From the NCBI GenBank assembly GCA_050084515.1, contig CM114271.1, forward strand, positions 3,782,001 through 3,846,000: DNA of 64,000 nucleotides, written 5' to 3'. Below are positions 1-10,560 of the stretch, piece after piece. Source of the DNA: Blasia pusilla (lineage: Eukaryota). Both the position numbers and the translations under genes were made by a program. Below the pieces are notes generated by a model. It made no database searches, had not been told where the DNA came from, and saw only the letters and a list, made by a program, of their open reading frames with translations. The stretch's first letter is position 1; every line of letters begins with the position of its first letter.

Positions 1-92
1 ATAGCACAGGGTGGACGAGGCTCGATATGCCGATGTAGATTGAGGAGTGGAGTTTTAGGCCGGGTGTGCCGGTTTTACTACTCTTTATTTTT
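1..92 (+). repeat. 3' part of the 5' terminal repeat (block B) of copy 1
   Basis: Matches 9032-9123 with 3 mismatches, then diverges into internal sequence without a following A block. Confidence 0.9.
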
Positions 93-1393
93 ACATGAGA
101 AAGATGTCAGGGGGCTGGTGGGAATTCGTTGTTTGCTGGTAGGCAAGCGAGTTGCCTTGGTCGGGAGCCCTTGGAGACGTGTGTGTGACGTTGTGTGTCA
201 TTTTTTCTGTTCGGAAGGCCGTGGGCGGAAGCGTTGTCCGTTTTTCTCAGATTTTGCTGGTGCGGATTGATGGGGGATAGCAGCCGAGTGTAGCGTGTGG
301 TGGGGCGTCGCGTGTACGCAAGTAAGGGTGTCGAGAGAGAAGGAAAGGGCAGGTTTGGGTCTTGCAGCCGCCGGGGGGCTGTCAAGTAAAGACGGCTAGG
401 TTAGGTTGCGAAGTTTAGGGTTAGGGCACGGACGGCAGGGCGCGGACAGCAGGGCGCGGACGGCGGACGGCAAGGGCGCGGACGCCGCGGGCCTCCCCCC
501 CCCCGCATTTAGGGCCCAAGGGCCGCATAGGGCAGCGGGCATAGTCGGTCGGACAGTTGTCGCATACGTGGTTGGCAGGACAGACGAGGTTAGTCGGGCG
601 AACGTGAGTGGAGATTTTCCAGACATGAGTGGGAGCCGACCAGGGTGAGTCACGTTACATACCGCGCGTGGGGATAGACAGAGAGGTTTGCACGACATGA
701 TGTTTTGGGGCGCGACAGGGTTGCGAGAGTTTACGATGGAGGGGCAGTGTGCATGATGCCGACGGGTTGTCCGCATCTGTTGACGGGAGGATCGACGTGT
801 TGGTCGAGGGGAGTGTTATGTGGCGGAGATTGTCATATCATGTGGAGGAGTGCATATTGACGGTGCAGCAGGTTGGAGGGCGTGATCAGGTTATCCATTC
901 GAGTCCCTTTTCCCGCACTTGTCGTGTATGATTGAGAGTGCTGGGTATCGGGTAGTAGCTGGTGCTAGATGGGTGCAGTGATGGTGACGAGTGTAGATTC
1001 TTTTCATGTGTAGCATGTTGGTGGATATACGGCGGTTGCCGAGTAGGGGTCGCGTTTATGACCCGAGAGTGTGTCGCTAGGTTAGGTGAGTCAGTTGGGA
1101 GGCTCATGGTGAGCCCGAGTGTTGAGCGTGCGTGAGGCCGGGTATGTCATCATGGGATTGATGTTAGCATAGGTGAGCTAGTGAGGCGTGTGGGAGACTC
1201 TCGGTGAGTCTGAGTGCTTGAGCGGGTGAGACAGGGTTTGTCATCACGACGTTCTTCCAGGGTTCGGAAGAACGGGGTAGTGCGAGCAGTGGTAGTGGTG
1301 TGACACGGAGTGGAGTGAGATACTGAGGGGTTACCACTGAGGAGCTCCCTCGACATCCATCTCGGATGGATCGTCATCATCGGACCGGGTCCG

Positions 1394-2480
1394 GTGACGA
1401 GATCACCGGCGAGAGATAGTAGTACTTGGCAGGAGATGGACGACATGGGCCATCGAGGCATGCGTCGTTTCTCGGGTGCAGTGGGCACCATCGACTTAGA
1501 TGATTTCATCCAGGAGTTTGACACATGGTGCGACTTCCAAGAGATACGGACCCCGACACGGTTCAACCCTTTCATGGCATGGAGGGGTTGTTCCAAAGAT
1601 TTGGAGGGTCCTCCGATGGATGACTACATGGAGTTTCGATCACTATATTCAGAGAGATCGATGCCTGGAGGATGTATTGGGCTCGGGGTATGTGTCCACT
1701 AGTGGTCGAGGCATATGATGGGATTGTGAGAGAGAGAGACCCACACCATCAGCCCGGAGACTAGATGGAGAGGAGGGCGGTGACACAAAGCGATGTGGCG
1801 AGACCTCGGTGGTAGGGGGCCACCGGCTTCAGCCCCACAATGGAGTTCTTCCGACGGTTGGGGAAGAGCTACCAGCGTGCACGCACCGACAAGCTGAAGA
1901 GTCTCAGGATTTTCAACGGCGATCGGGTGAGAGTGCGAGAGAGGCCTTCACATGCATGAGGAGGCTGATCATTGCTACGTTTGGAGGATCGAGGCGCGAT
2001 CGACCCAAAGATTGGCACTGGGTTCGGACCGAGAACTACGGAGGAGAGTCCGAGATGCGGTGATGATTCACGCCGAAGCCCACATTGAGGTGGTCTTTGA
2101 GTTGTCCGAGCGTATTGAGCTCAACATGAGTGAGGAGCAGGTAGTGACCGCTGGATTTTCTCGAGAGTCGACGGGTCCATTTAGCGGCGGTGACCCCACA
2201 AAGTGCCCACGAGCACCGATCACACGGAGCGGACGGTGTGCCTAGAGAGGGCGGGTACCGTGAGCCTATGAGGCAACGACCGCACCTACATATGTTGCCC
2301 GGCGAGGACCGATGTGGTCTTGTTGGGCGTGTGGAGGGGCCCATAGGCAGAGAGGCGCCCACAACATGGGAGAGGACCACAGCGCCTCCGATTGCGCGAG
2401 AGCCCAGAGGATGGCCCCACCACAGCACCAGTGTGACCATTGCCACGATATGGTCACACTAGGGATAGATGTTTTGACCT
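1394..2480 (+). pseudogene. gag: gag (capsid-like region plus CCHC zinc knuckle), frameshifted
   Basis: RFSGAVGTIDLDDFIQEFDTWC capsid-like segment. The knuckle CDHC.RYGHTRDRC is reconstructed across a frameshift at about 2430-2475 and has a counterpart (CDYCERYGHTRARC) in copy 2 at about 53514-53555. Confidence 0.7.
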
Positions 2481-3019
2481 TTGCCAAGGGCACGCGTCAG
2501 AGGTAGGCCGAGGGCCTGGGGCGGCCGCCTGGAGGAGGTCGGGGAGTTCTTCTGGGCGTGGTGTAGAGGACCACCACCAGCCAGAGGAGATGGAGCAGAG
2601 CACGAGCCGGCACTTCTCTCACGATCGATCGGTTGGAGCGGAGGATTGCGCCATGCGATGATGCGGCTTAGGAAAACGGAGGCTGCGGCGCTAGTGTGAC
2701 TCGGTCTCTACCTCTTACCCCGACCCGGGTGAGATCTCTCCAATATGGGATTCATGTGTAGTGTAGCCAGGTTGAGGCGATTGCTGATGGTGACTCGGGG
2801 TGCTGCGAGAGGCACCGAGCCATCGAGAGGTGGAGTTGAGATTGACCCACCAGAGGGGACCGATGGGCGGCAGGCCAGGGTTCCACAGTCGTTCACATTG
2901 TCGGAGGCACTACACACACCATCGATGGTGCCTCGACGACCAGCGGTGCCTACAGTTCAGGCACCTACGTCGACGTCACGAGGAGTTGGAGTGAAAACTC
3001 CTATGCCGGCTCGAGTGGA

Positions 3020-3865
3020 GTGAAAACTCCTATGCCGGCTCGAGTGGAGTCAGTGTCGACTATAGTGTTGGAGGTGGCCACTAGAGTGAGTCAGACTCCG
3101 CTATTTTCCGCCTTAGAGTTGGCGACGTTGGGAGTTGGACCAGTGAGGTGTTCGGTTGGCCGCCACGCGTTGTGTGAGCATGGAGAGATGACTGCTTCTT
3201 GTTCAGAGGTAGTTGAGGAGGTGGTGGACTTGCCCTCAGAGCCGGTGCTTGGGACGTTCCCCACAGAGTCATGGCATGCGGCGGCGGCGAAGTTGGTAGA
3301 TATGCCAGCTCGACCGGCCATAGAGCGAGCAATGGTGACACCTGGAGTAGTGTTACTGGATAACCGAGTTGGATTATTTTGCTTGGTTAGTCCGACGGGG
3401 ACAGTATACCACCCGCAGTGCGTCCTACTTGATTCGGGAGCGCAACCCTTGATGTTAGGGAAGGCGGCGTGTTTAGCGTTGGGATTACGGAAGGCCGACA
3501 TCGAGCCTTGTCCCTTCGAGATACAGACCTCGATTGTGTGCGTATCACCCACTCAGTATATGACTCGACATGAGATTGTTGTGAGAGTCCAGCCAGAGCA
3601 TGCGACGGATAGTGCTATGGTGCGCACACGTGCGATTACGACACCGGTGAGTAAATGCGATGTGTTGGTGGGGAGTACAGTGTTATATCCCCTAGGATTC
3701 ATCCTTGACTTCTGGGAGGAGACCGTTGCTTATCGGCCAGGATGGCGGCTAGGTGACGGTCGGATGAGTCAGTTACCTGTGCAGTTTGCGGGACGAGGTG
3801 GTCGATCACGAGGCGAGTCTGTGACCACGTTGGCGGCTTTCACAGGTAGTGTTAGCTGGCCATGA
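3020..3865 (+). pseudogene. pol: pol: retropepsin-like aspartic protease region
   Basis: VLLDSGAQPLML catalytic motif and downstream CDVLVG; homologous VLLDSGVQPVML in copy 2. Confidence 0.85.
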
Positions 3866-4146
3866 GAGTTGTTGGAGGGGAACGCACATGCGGAGGATGT
3901 CCTAGTAGCGGATAGTCCCAGGGAGAGACAGGCCATGGCGGGTGTCTCTTCCCATGTTAGCGATGCCTCTTCACCATTATGGGGTACGACTCGAGAGCTA
4001 CAGAGGAGTGCCGACGACCTCGTGAGGCAGGCGTGGAGTCATGTTTTTATCCCAGAGCAGCGAGAGTCACGTGGCGATCGGGCTCTTGGAGTGGAGACGA
4101 TGACCCCACTAGATACCACACCTGTTGTGTGGCAGTGCCCAGAGGA

Positions 4147-5085
4147 GGGTGTTAGGGTGTTAGATCTCTTTGGAGGGATTAGCACCGGATTGGCGGCCAT
4201 ATTGCAGGCAGGCATACGGGTGCATTAGTACCTTTATGTGGAGAGAGATGAGACCGCACGGCGAGTATCATTACGTCACGTGGCAAGATTGGTCCAGAGG
4301 TATCATGAGTTGTTGTCGGTATCTGCAGTACGGGGATACCAGCATACGCTACCCGCCGACATATCTTTGGTGGGGGCGCAGGATCTGGATAGAGTTGGCA
4401 CCATTCATTTGGTGATTGCTGGATGGCCATGTCAGGGTCATTCATCAGCTGGCCGAGGATTTGGATTGCAGGATCCGAGGTCAGGGATGTTTTGGGAGAT
4501 GCTGCGAGTAGTACGACACTTGCAGCAGAGTCAGATATGTTCTCCAACGTACATTTTGGAGAACCTGCCGTTGTTGGGAGATATTCGTGCACGTGTGATG
4601 ACGAGTGTACATCAGGTGAGGTCCTGGTTGGGACCGGCTGTGTTGTTAGATGCAGCGAGAGTTGGGTCACGTGCCCATCGTCCACAACTATGGTGGACGA
4701 ACCTGATACCATCAGAGGTACTGAGTCGAGCCTACAGTGGAGTCCAGAGAGCACCACATCTCACGGTGGATGCTATTTTGGACTCAGGGCGTCGATCTCA
4801 GGTGGTGACACGCGATGATAGACCACCATTGGCCACGGCCAATAGGGTGGGGGAGTTGAGGGCAGCCTTACCTACGTTGGTGAGCTTCCCAGCATCCCAT
4901 GCCTTTCGTCAAGGAGGACCAGGCATGATTTGGGATGAGGTGACCGGAGTATTGGAGGAGCCTACAGCAGATGAGCGCGAGCGCGCCATGGGGTTCACTA
5001 CCGGTACTACGGCGGTGCCAGGGATGACTGAGGCATCACGGAGACAGGTGTTGGGGCAGGCGATGGACCTCAACTGTCTCACATG
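4147..5085 (+). pseudogene. C5 cytosine DNA methyltransferase domain (DNMT3/DRM-like) within pol; one internal stop at 4226
   Basis: Motif I VLDLFGGI (about 4157-4180), II YVERD, IV IAGWPCQG (PC at 4427-4432), VI ILENL, VIII AHRPQLWWTNL, IX ERERAMGF, X RRQVLGQAM, in canonical non-permuted order and in the same frame as the protease. Confidence 0.92.
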
Positions 5086-5529
5086 GATAGTGAGCCTAGG
5101 TATGGCTGAGCAGAGACGGATGCGAGTGTCATCCATGCCGTCACGTCCACGAGTTGGACCACTGCCTACAGGGTCTGTATAGGCATTGGCTGGGGGCGAG
5201 ACGAGGAGAGATAGGCACCCATGGACTTCCTGGGACGTCGTTCGAGCAGAGAGTGTGAAGGCGGCTAGAGTAGCACATGTTCATTTTTTGGATGTGGAGC
5301 ATGGTGTAGGAGGTCGAGTGGAATGGTCATTATGGAGGTGGCTAGGGTTGCTACATAGCAACCAAAGCCGGAGGTTGCGTCCTCTCCGAGTGAGGTCACG
5401 ATGGAGACTTAGGAGCCTGTGATAGGTCTCAAGTTGATAGGAGGAGAGCGACGGCGAGTTCATAGGTTTCTGAGAGGGCATGTCAGTTGTTTTGCCTTTA
5501 GTATGAGAGACTTGGGTACGCTGAAGGGT

Positions 5530-6830
5530 CCCGGGATACGGATTGAGTTGGCTAGTGATACGCCGATCTTTCGTTGACCCTACAGGTATTCTGATATGGA
5601 ACGAGCCTTGATTCAGAGCAGGAGTCAGGACTTGTGGAGTTATCACATGGGGAGTATGCATCTGCCACAGTCATGCTGGCGAAGAAGGATATGTATGGCA
5701 ATTAGACGGATAGGCGGATGTGTGGAGATTACCGTCCTATCAACCAACAGACGAGGTCAGATCGGTATGCCATGCCTACTCCTGAGGAGATCTTTGATGC
5801 GGTAGGGCATGCAAAGATCTTCAGTACTTCAGATCTCCGTGCTGGCTATCATCAGCTTCCTATCAGGTTGGAGGACAGGGAGAAGACAACATTCTGGGGG
5901 ATAGATCGGTTTGGGAGAGATTGCTTGTATCAGTGGCGGTTCTTACCATTTGGGTTGAAGAACGCGCTTGCGGAGTTTCAGAGAGTGATGGATAGGATTC
6001 TGGCTGGCTTGGATTTTGTACGATGTTACATAGATGATATTCTTATCTTCAGTTCCACGGTTGAGGAGCATGAGCGACACTTGGAGGAGGTGTTTCGGCG
6101 ATTGCAGTTACATGGACTGAAGTTACATCCAGGCAAGTGCAGATTCTTTCAGGAGCAGATTGAGTACTTGGGACACACCATATACCCGAGTGGGTTAGGC
6201 GTTCAGTAGACGAAGGTAGAGGCTATTGCGCAGATTCCACGCCCTACAGATGTGAGTCGAGTCCGAGCATTTCTTGGACTGGCGAACTTCTATCGACGGT
6301 ATGTCAAGGGTTTTAGTGCGATCGCAAAGTCTTTGACCTTGTTGACGAGACTTGATCAGGTGTGGTTGTGGGGAGATGATCAGGAGTGAGCATTTCAGGA
6401 GCTCAAGGACAGGTTGACGTCCTCACCCATTTTACAGAGACCAGTTAGGGGTCGCCCATTCCAGTTACATACGGATTGGAGCATGTTGGGTCTAGGAGTA
6501 GTGCTTACTCAGAGGGATGACGAGGAGAGGGAGTTCGTTGTGGCTTACGCGAGTTGATCGAACAACATTGTAGAGGCAAAGTACAGCTCCTACGAGGGAG
6601 AGTGCTTGGCTGCAGTGTGGGCCGTGGCACATTTTAGGTGCTATTTATTCGGCAACCCTTTCACACTTATCACTGATCATCAGCCGTTGAGGTAGTTGAT
6701 GGAGTCCGACAAGCTTACGGGAAAGCTTGCCAGGTGGGCTCTATTACTACAGGAGTATGAGTTTGAGGTGGTTCATAGGGCAGGTCGGCTGAACCAGGAT
6801 GCGGATGGGTTGAGTCGTAACCCATGTCCG
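5530..6830 (+). pseudogene. pol: pol: reverse transcriptase and RNase H, with stops and frameshifts
   Basis: RMCGDYRPIN, DLRAGYHQL, PFGLKNA, YIDDILIF, KLHPGKC, YLGH; RNase [44 protein letters not shown]. Confidence 0.95.
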
Positions 6831-7169
6831 AGTCAGAGAGACGACATTGGAGCTCGATGGCACGGAGAGAGTGATGAGGAGATGGTGCCGGGTTGGCATG
6901 CATCTGCCTATCTTTGTTGGTTGACTATGGCAGGTCAGCCACAGGTGATGACTCCAGTGGTGGGATTGGATGATGAGTCTTTGGATCCGGAGGTTAGTGA
7001 GGAGGCGACAGGTGGTCGTGATATCCATGACGACGTGGAGGTTGTGGACTTCTTGCGCACCTTTGGCGTCATTGCGAAAGTACTGATGAGTCTTTGGGAG
7101 CGGATCGGATCCTGAGAGAGCCAAGAGGTTCGGTGGGAGGGACTCACATTTTGCGGGTATGGGGAGATG

Positions 7170-8453
7170 GTAGGATACGAGTGGTACCTCATCCTTCCCA
7201 GCGAGCACGTGTAGTGCGACATGCCCATGAGGAGTTGGGACATTTCGGAGTAAAGCGCATTTACGCCTTACTCCAGGTTGAGATCGGTGGCGCGGCATGC
7301 ATCTGGGTACAACGATTTGTGGCAGATGTATGGTATGTGACAGAGTGCGAGCATCCTTCAATGCTCCCACTCGCAGATTACATCCTTTGCCGATTATGGG
7401 TTTAGGTTATCGGTGGAGTTTAGACTTTGCGGGACCTTTGCCATTGTGGGCGTCATCATAGGTGCGTGTTGGTCATGGTGAAGCATTTCTCCAAGTGGAT
7501 AGAGTTGGTGGCACTACCGGACAAAGCGGCGAGGAACGGCTTATGCGTTTCTAGATCGTGTGCTTAGTCACTTTGGTGCACCGGCAGAGGTGTTGACCGA
7601 CAGAGTACCGAGTTCGGGGGAGAGTTTCAGGCCTTGTGTGATCAAAGGCCGATAGATCACCGCACCACGTCGAGGATCATCCTGAGGCGGATGGATTGGC
7701 GGAGAGAGTGGTACAGACGGTGAAGAGAGGATTGCGCAAGTATGGCTTGCAGCGGGGACAGTTGAGGGAGTGGGACCTCTGAGTTGCCATGGTTGGCTAT
7801 GGGTTATCGCTTTAGTCGGCAGGCATCATTGGCGTCATTTTCACCGTACTTTTTGCTCTTTGGGAGAGAGCCGATTTACTGCAGCGATTCGACGTAACAT
7901 GGCGGAGGTGTTAGATCTGGATGATCCGGATGTGTGGGTGCAAGCATGTTCTCAGAGGGCAGAAGTTTTTCGTAGAGTTATGCCTATGGCCTTTGAGAAC
8001 TTAGCTATTGCCCAGCATAGAGATACATTGAGGTCCGCGACCATTCGTGGAGGAGGTTATCATCCAGGGGTTAGGAGGTTTCATCCTGGAGATTACGTGT
8101 ATTTACAGCAAGCGGCACCCACGACGCTAGATGTCACTGCAGGGCGCACTATCCTACGTGTGCGCGAGGTATTACCGACCGGAGTCCTCATGTTGGAGGG
8201 ACGAGATGGTATGGTTTGGAAGGATCATGTGCGCAATTGTGCGCCATGTCATCTTCCGAACGTAGATGGGATGGTGGATCCAAGCTTGGCAGTAGTACCT
8301 GCAGGCTTGAGGTGTATGTTGTGCGGATCTGCGAGGGGTGCAGCCACCATGTTGGTATGTGATGGTTGTTCTCAAGGGTGGCATATGTCATGTCTGACCC
8401 CCCCTCTTGATGTGGTTCCCACGGGACGATGGATGTGTCCAAGATGTGTATAG
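7170..8453 (+). pseudogene. pol: pol: integrase (HHCC plus rve core) with C-terminal PHD finger
   Basis: AHEELGHFG...C.VC, WSLDFAGPL, EHFSKWIELVAL, FGAPAEVLTD, HPEADGLAERVVQTVK; C-terminal CMLC...MLVCDGCSQGWHMSCLTPPL..VPTGRWMCPRC. Confidence 0.9.
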
Positions 8454-8529
8454 GGTAGTAGGTCATGTCAGAGAGATGTGATATTTTCTATCTGGAGTTA
8501 GGGGGATCCAACTGCCAGCTAGGGGGGCG

Positions 8530-9261
8530 GTTGTGTGATCTCCATGTATATGTATGAGTTTATTTTTGTACATGTGTGGATCGACCCGTGTGTGGGGAAG
8601 ATCGATGTTGTGTGGTGTAGATGTGACGAGCGATGTATGTTGTGTAGCGATATGTATGCGCACGACAACTGTCACATCTGAGTAGCCGATAGGCCGAGAT
8701 CTATCGTTTATAGGGCGTAGGAGCCAACGGACTATCTTGAGTGTAACTTTGTCCCACAGTGTCGGATGAGGTTGAGGATAGGTCCATTGTGTCAGGAACG
8801 TTGTTTCTGACGACTTTCATGTTGAGGTCTTTTACATCCGGGTGACTTGTTGACCAGGTCATCTGCCCCTGGTAACCTGTGCGCGCAGGTTACCAAGGGA
8901 AGGGATATTCTTAGGGGAAGAGCCTTTTGGCTCTTTCCAACCTATATAAGAGAGGAACATGTTGGGCCGTTGGAGCACCTCCCTTGTAGGTGTGTGAGCT
9001 AGGAGTAGGGTGCTAGCGTCCGGATTCCTTGATAGCACAAGGTGGACGAGGCTCAATATGCCGATGTAGATTGAGGAGTGGAGTTTTAGGCCGGGTGTGC
9101 CGTTTTTACTACTCTTTATTTTTGTTGTGTGATCTCCATGTATATGTATGAGTTTATTTTTTTACATGTGTGGATCGACCCGTGTGTGGGGAAGATCGAT
9201 GTTGTGTGGTGTAGATGTGACGAGCGATGTATGTTGTGTAGCGATATGTATGCGCACGACA
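8530..9261 (+). repeat. 3' terminal repeat complex of copy 1: A(8530-8667)-ac-B(8670-9123)-A(9124-9261)
   Basis: The two 138-bp A copies differ at 1 position. B starts TGTC and A ends GACA. A purine run AGGGGGG at 8521-8527 precedes A, and a TATA-like CTATATAAG lies at about 8942 in B. Confidence 0.92.
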
Positions 9262-10339
9262 CTAGACCAATACAAGAATATGGATCTGGTTTAACCCTTG
9301 TGAAGGTCAAGCACCGGCGCCCTAGTGGATCTAAAGACACAGGAACTTGGAAGCCTTACTAAGAAAAACAAACCTTATATAGAGTATTACGATGTAGATT
9401 ATCTCTAGAGGGGAGTTGAAGAGGGAGGTTGCCACCATAGTTTCATTATGACATACATTACTCTAATTATTATGAGTGCGATACAAAAGCATGCCAAAAT
9501 GCAAAGGAAATTTTGAACTAGTTTTTACTTGTTGGGGATGACTATGATGTAAAATATTCGAAAGAAGGAGGAGTGTGGTAAGTTAAAAAAGTTGGGAGGT
9601 TGTCAAGTCCCACGATTTGTAACAATAGCAATTGAGAATTTTTTTTCTAAATATATGCAAAAAGATACATATTAATTGTTCAAAATTTTTTAAGGAGAAG
9701 GTTACGTTTAATCATATGGGTTATTCTTCAAGAGGAGCATATTTCTTAATTTAAAAAAAGTACACTTCAAAAGAGTTACATTTTTTTTCTTAGCATGATA
9801 TTTTTATTTTTTGTCAATTTTGTATTTGGTTTTTGGGGGTAGTTTCAAACATAAGGTCTTTTATTCTAGTTTTATCATGGTGGTTTCAATTTTTTGAAAT
9901 TAAACATAGGTTCTTTAAAGACTTGCATTTTGCGAGCGTTTTAACAATACTCCTCATTTTTTGGAAAGTAAATTATTGACTATTTCCGTACATGTTCAAA
10001 GAGAGCAATGTAGGGTTGAAAAATATAGCTAACTAGATTGGTTTCCATAATTAAAACTTCCATTATAGTATAAACTATATGTTGTGTTTTCATTGAATTT
10101 TTTGTGAACTTTTGACTCATGCAAAAACATCCCAATATTGGCAAGTTGTTATTATAGGGTTTGGTTATAAATCCTCAAATACTCTTATATATTCTTTTCT
10201 TGGTTAGGAGTTTCAAGTTTAGGCATCTTAGAGGATGCTCTCACTAACTTTTGGCTTATATTAATCATTGTCTTGGCTCGGAATTCTAGGTTTAGGCATA
10301 TGTGAGTGAGTTGGTTTTTAGTCACTGGAAAGTCTGAGT

Positions 10340-10560
10340 GGCCTATGGGACCCCCTCCACATATGTGACATTGACATCTCATCCGACACACACCTTCACA
10401 TCTAGATTTCAAACATTTCTATTTTGAAGTTCCCACGGTGGAGATTTGGTTTTTTGAGTGAAGGTCTGAAATCTTTTTGTTTATCTAAATTCTTGACACG
10501 GGAGCATGGTTAAGGCACACACACATGAAGGGCACATAAGGCGAACTCTCTCTCAAACAT
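10340..10560 (+). repeat. Dispersed diverged repeat, second copy at about 46710-46895
   Basis: Shared collinear blocks cttcacatc..atttcaaacattt, aattcttgac, cacac..acat.aa.gg.aca.aagg...ctctc.ctc. Confidence 0.5.

Larger units (their letters stand above)
1..9261 (+). mobile_element. Ty3/Gypsy-type retrotransposon, copy 1 (gag - PR - C5-DNA methyltransferase - RT - RNase H - integrase - PHD) with split direct repeats; decayed; 5' end outside the window
   Basis: Ordered domains on +: gag and CCHC knuckle, LLDSGA protease, C5-MTase motifs, YIDD RT, RNase H (TDWS...YSSYEGECLA...TDHQPL), HHCC plus core integrase, C4HC3 PHD. The order RT-RH-INT is Gypsy type. Bases 1-92 match 9032-9123, and the element ends in ...CGCACGACA at 9261. 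Confidence 0.95.

Noticed and set aside
4147-5085. Host DNMT3/DRM gene or bacterial restriction-modification methylase contamination
   Set aside because: It is intronless, in frame with the retroelement protease, and present at the same position in two diverged element copies within plant genomic context.
107-8675. Numerous minus-strand ORFs within retroelement copy 1
   Set aside because: They are antisense shadows of GC-rich pol sequence with no recognisable domains.
1-9261. Classification as a DIRS/PAT tyrosine-recombinase element because of the split repeats and methyltransferase
   Set aside because: No YR motifs seen. It has an aspartic protease and an HHCC-rve integrase, and the MTase is C5 type (PCQ, ENV), not the adenine-type MTase of DIRS1.
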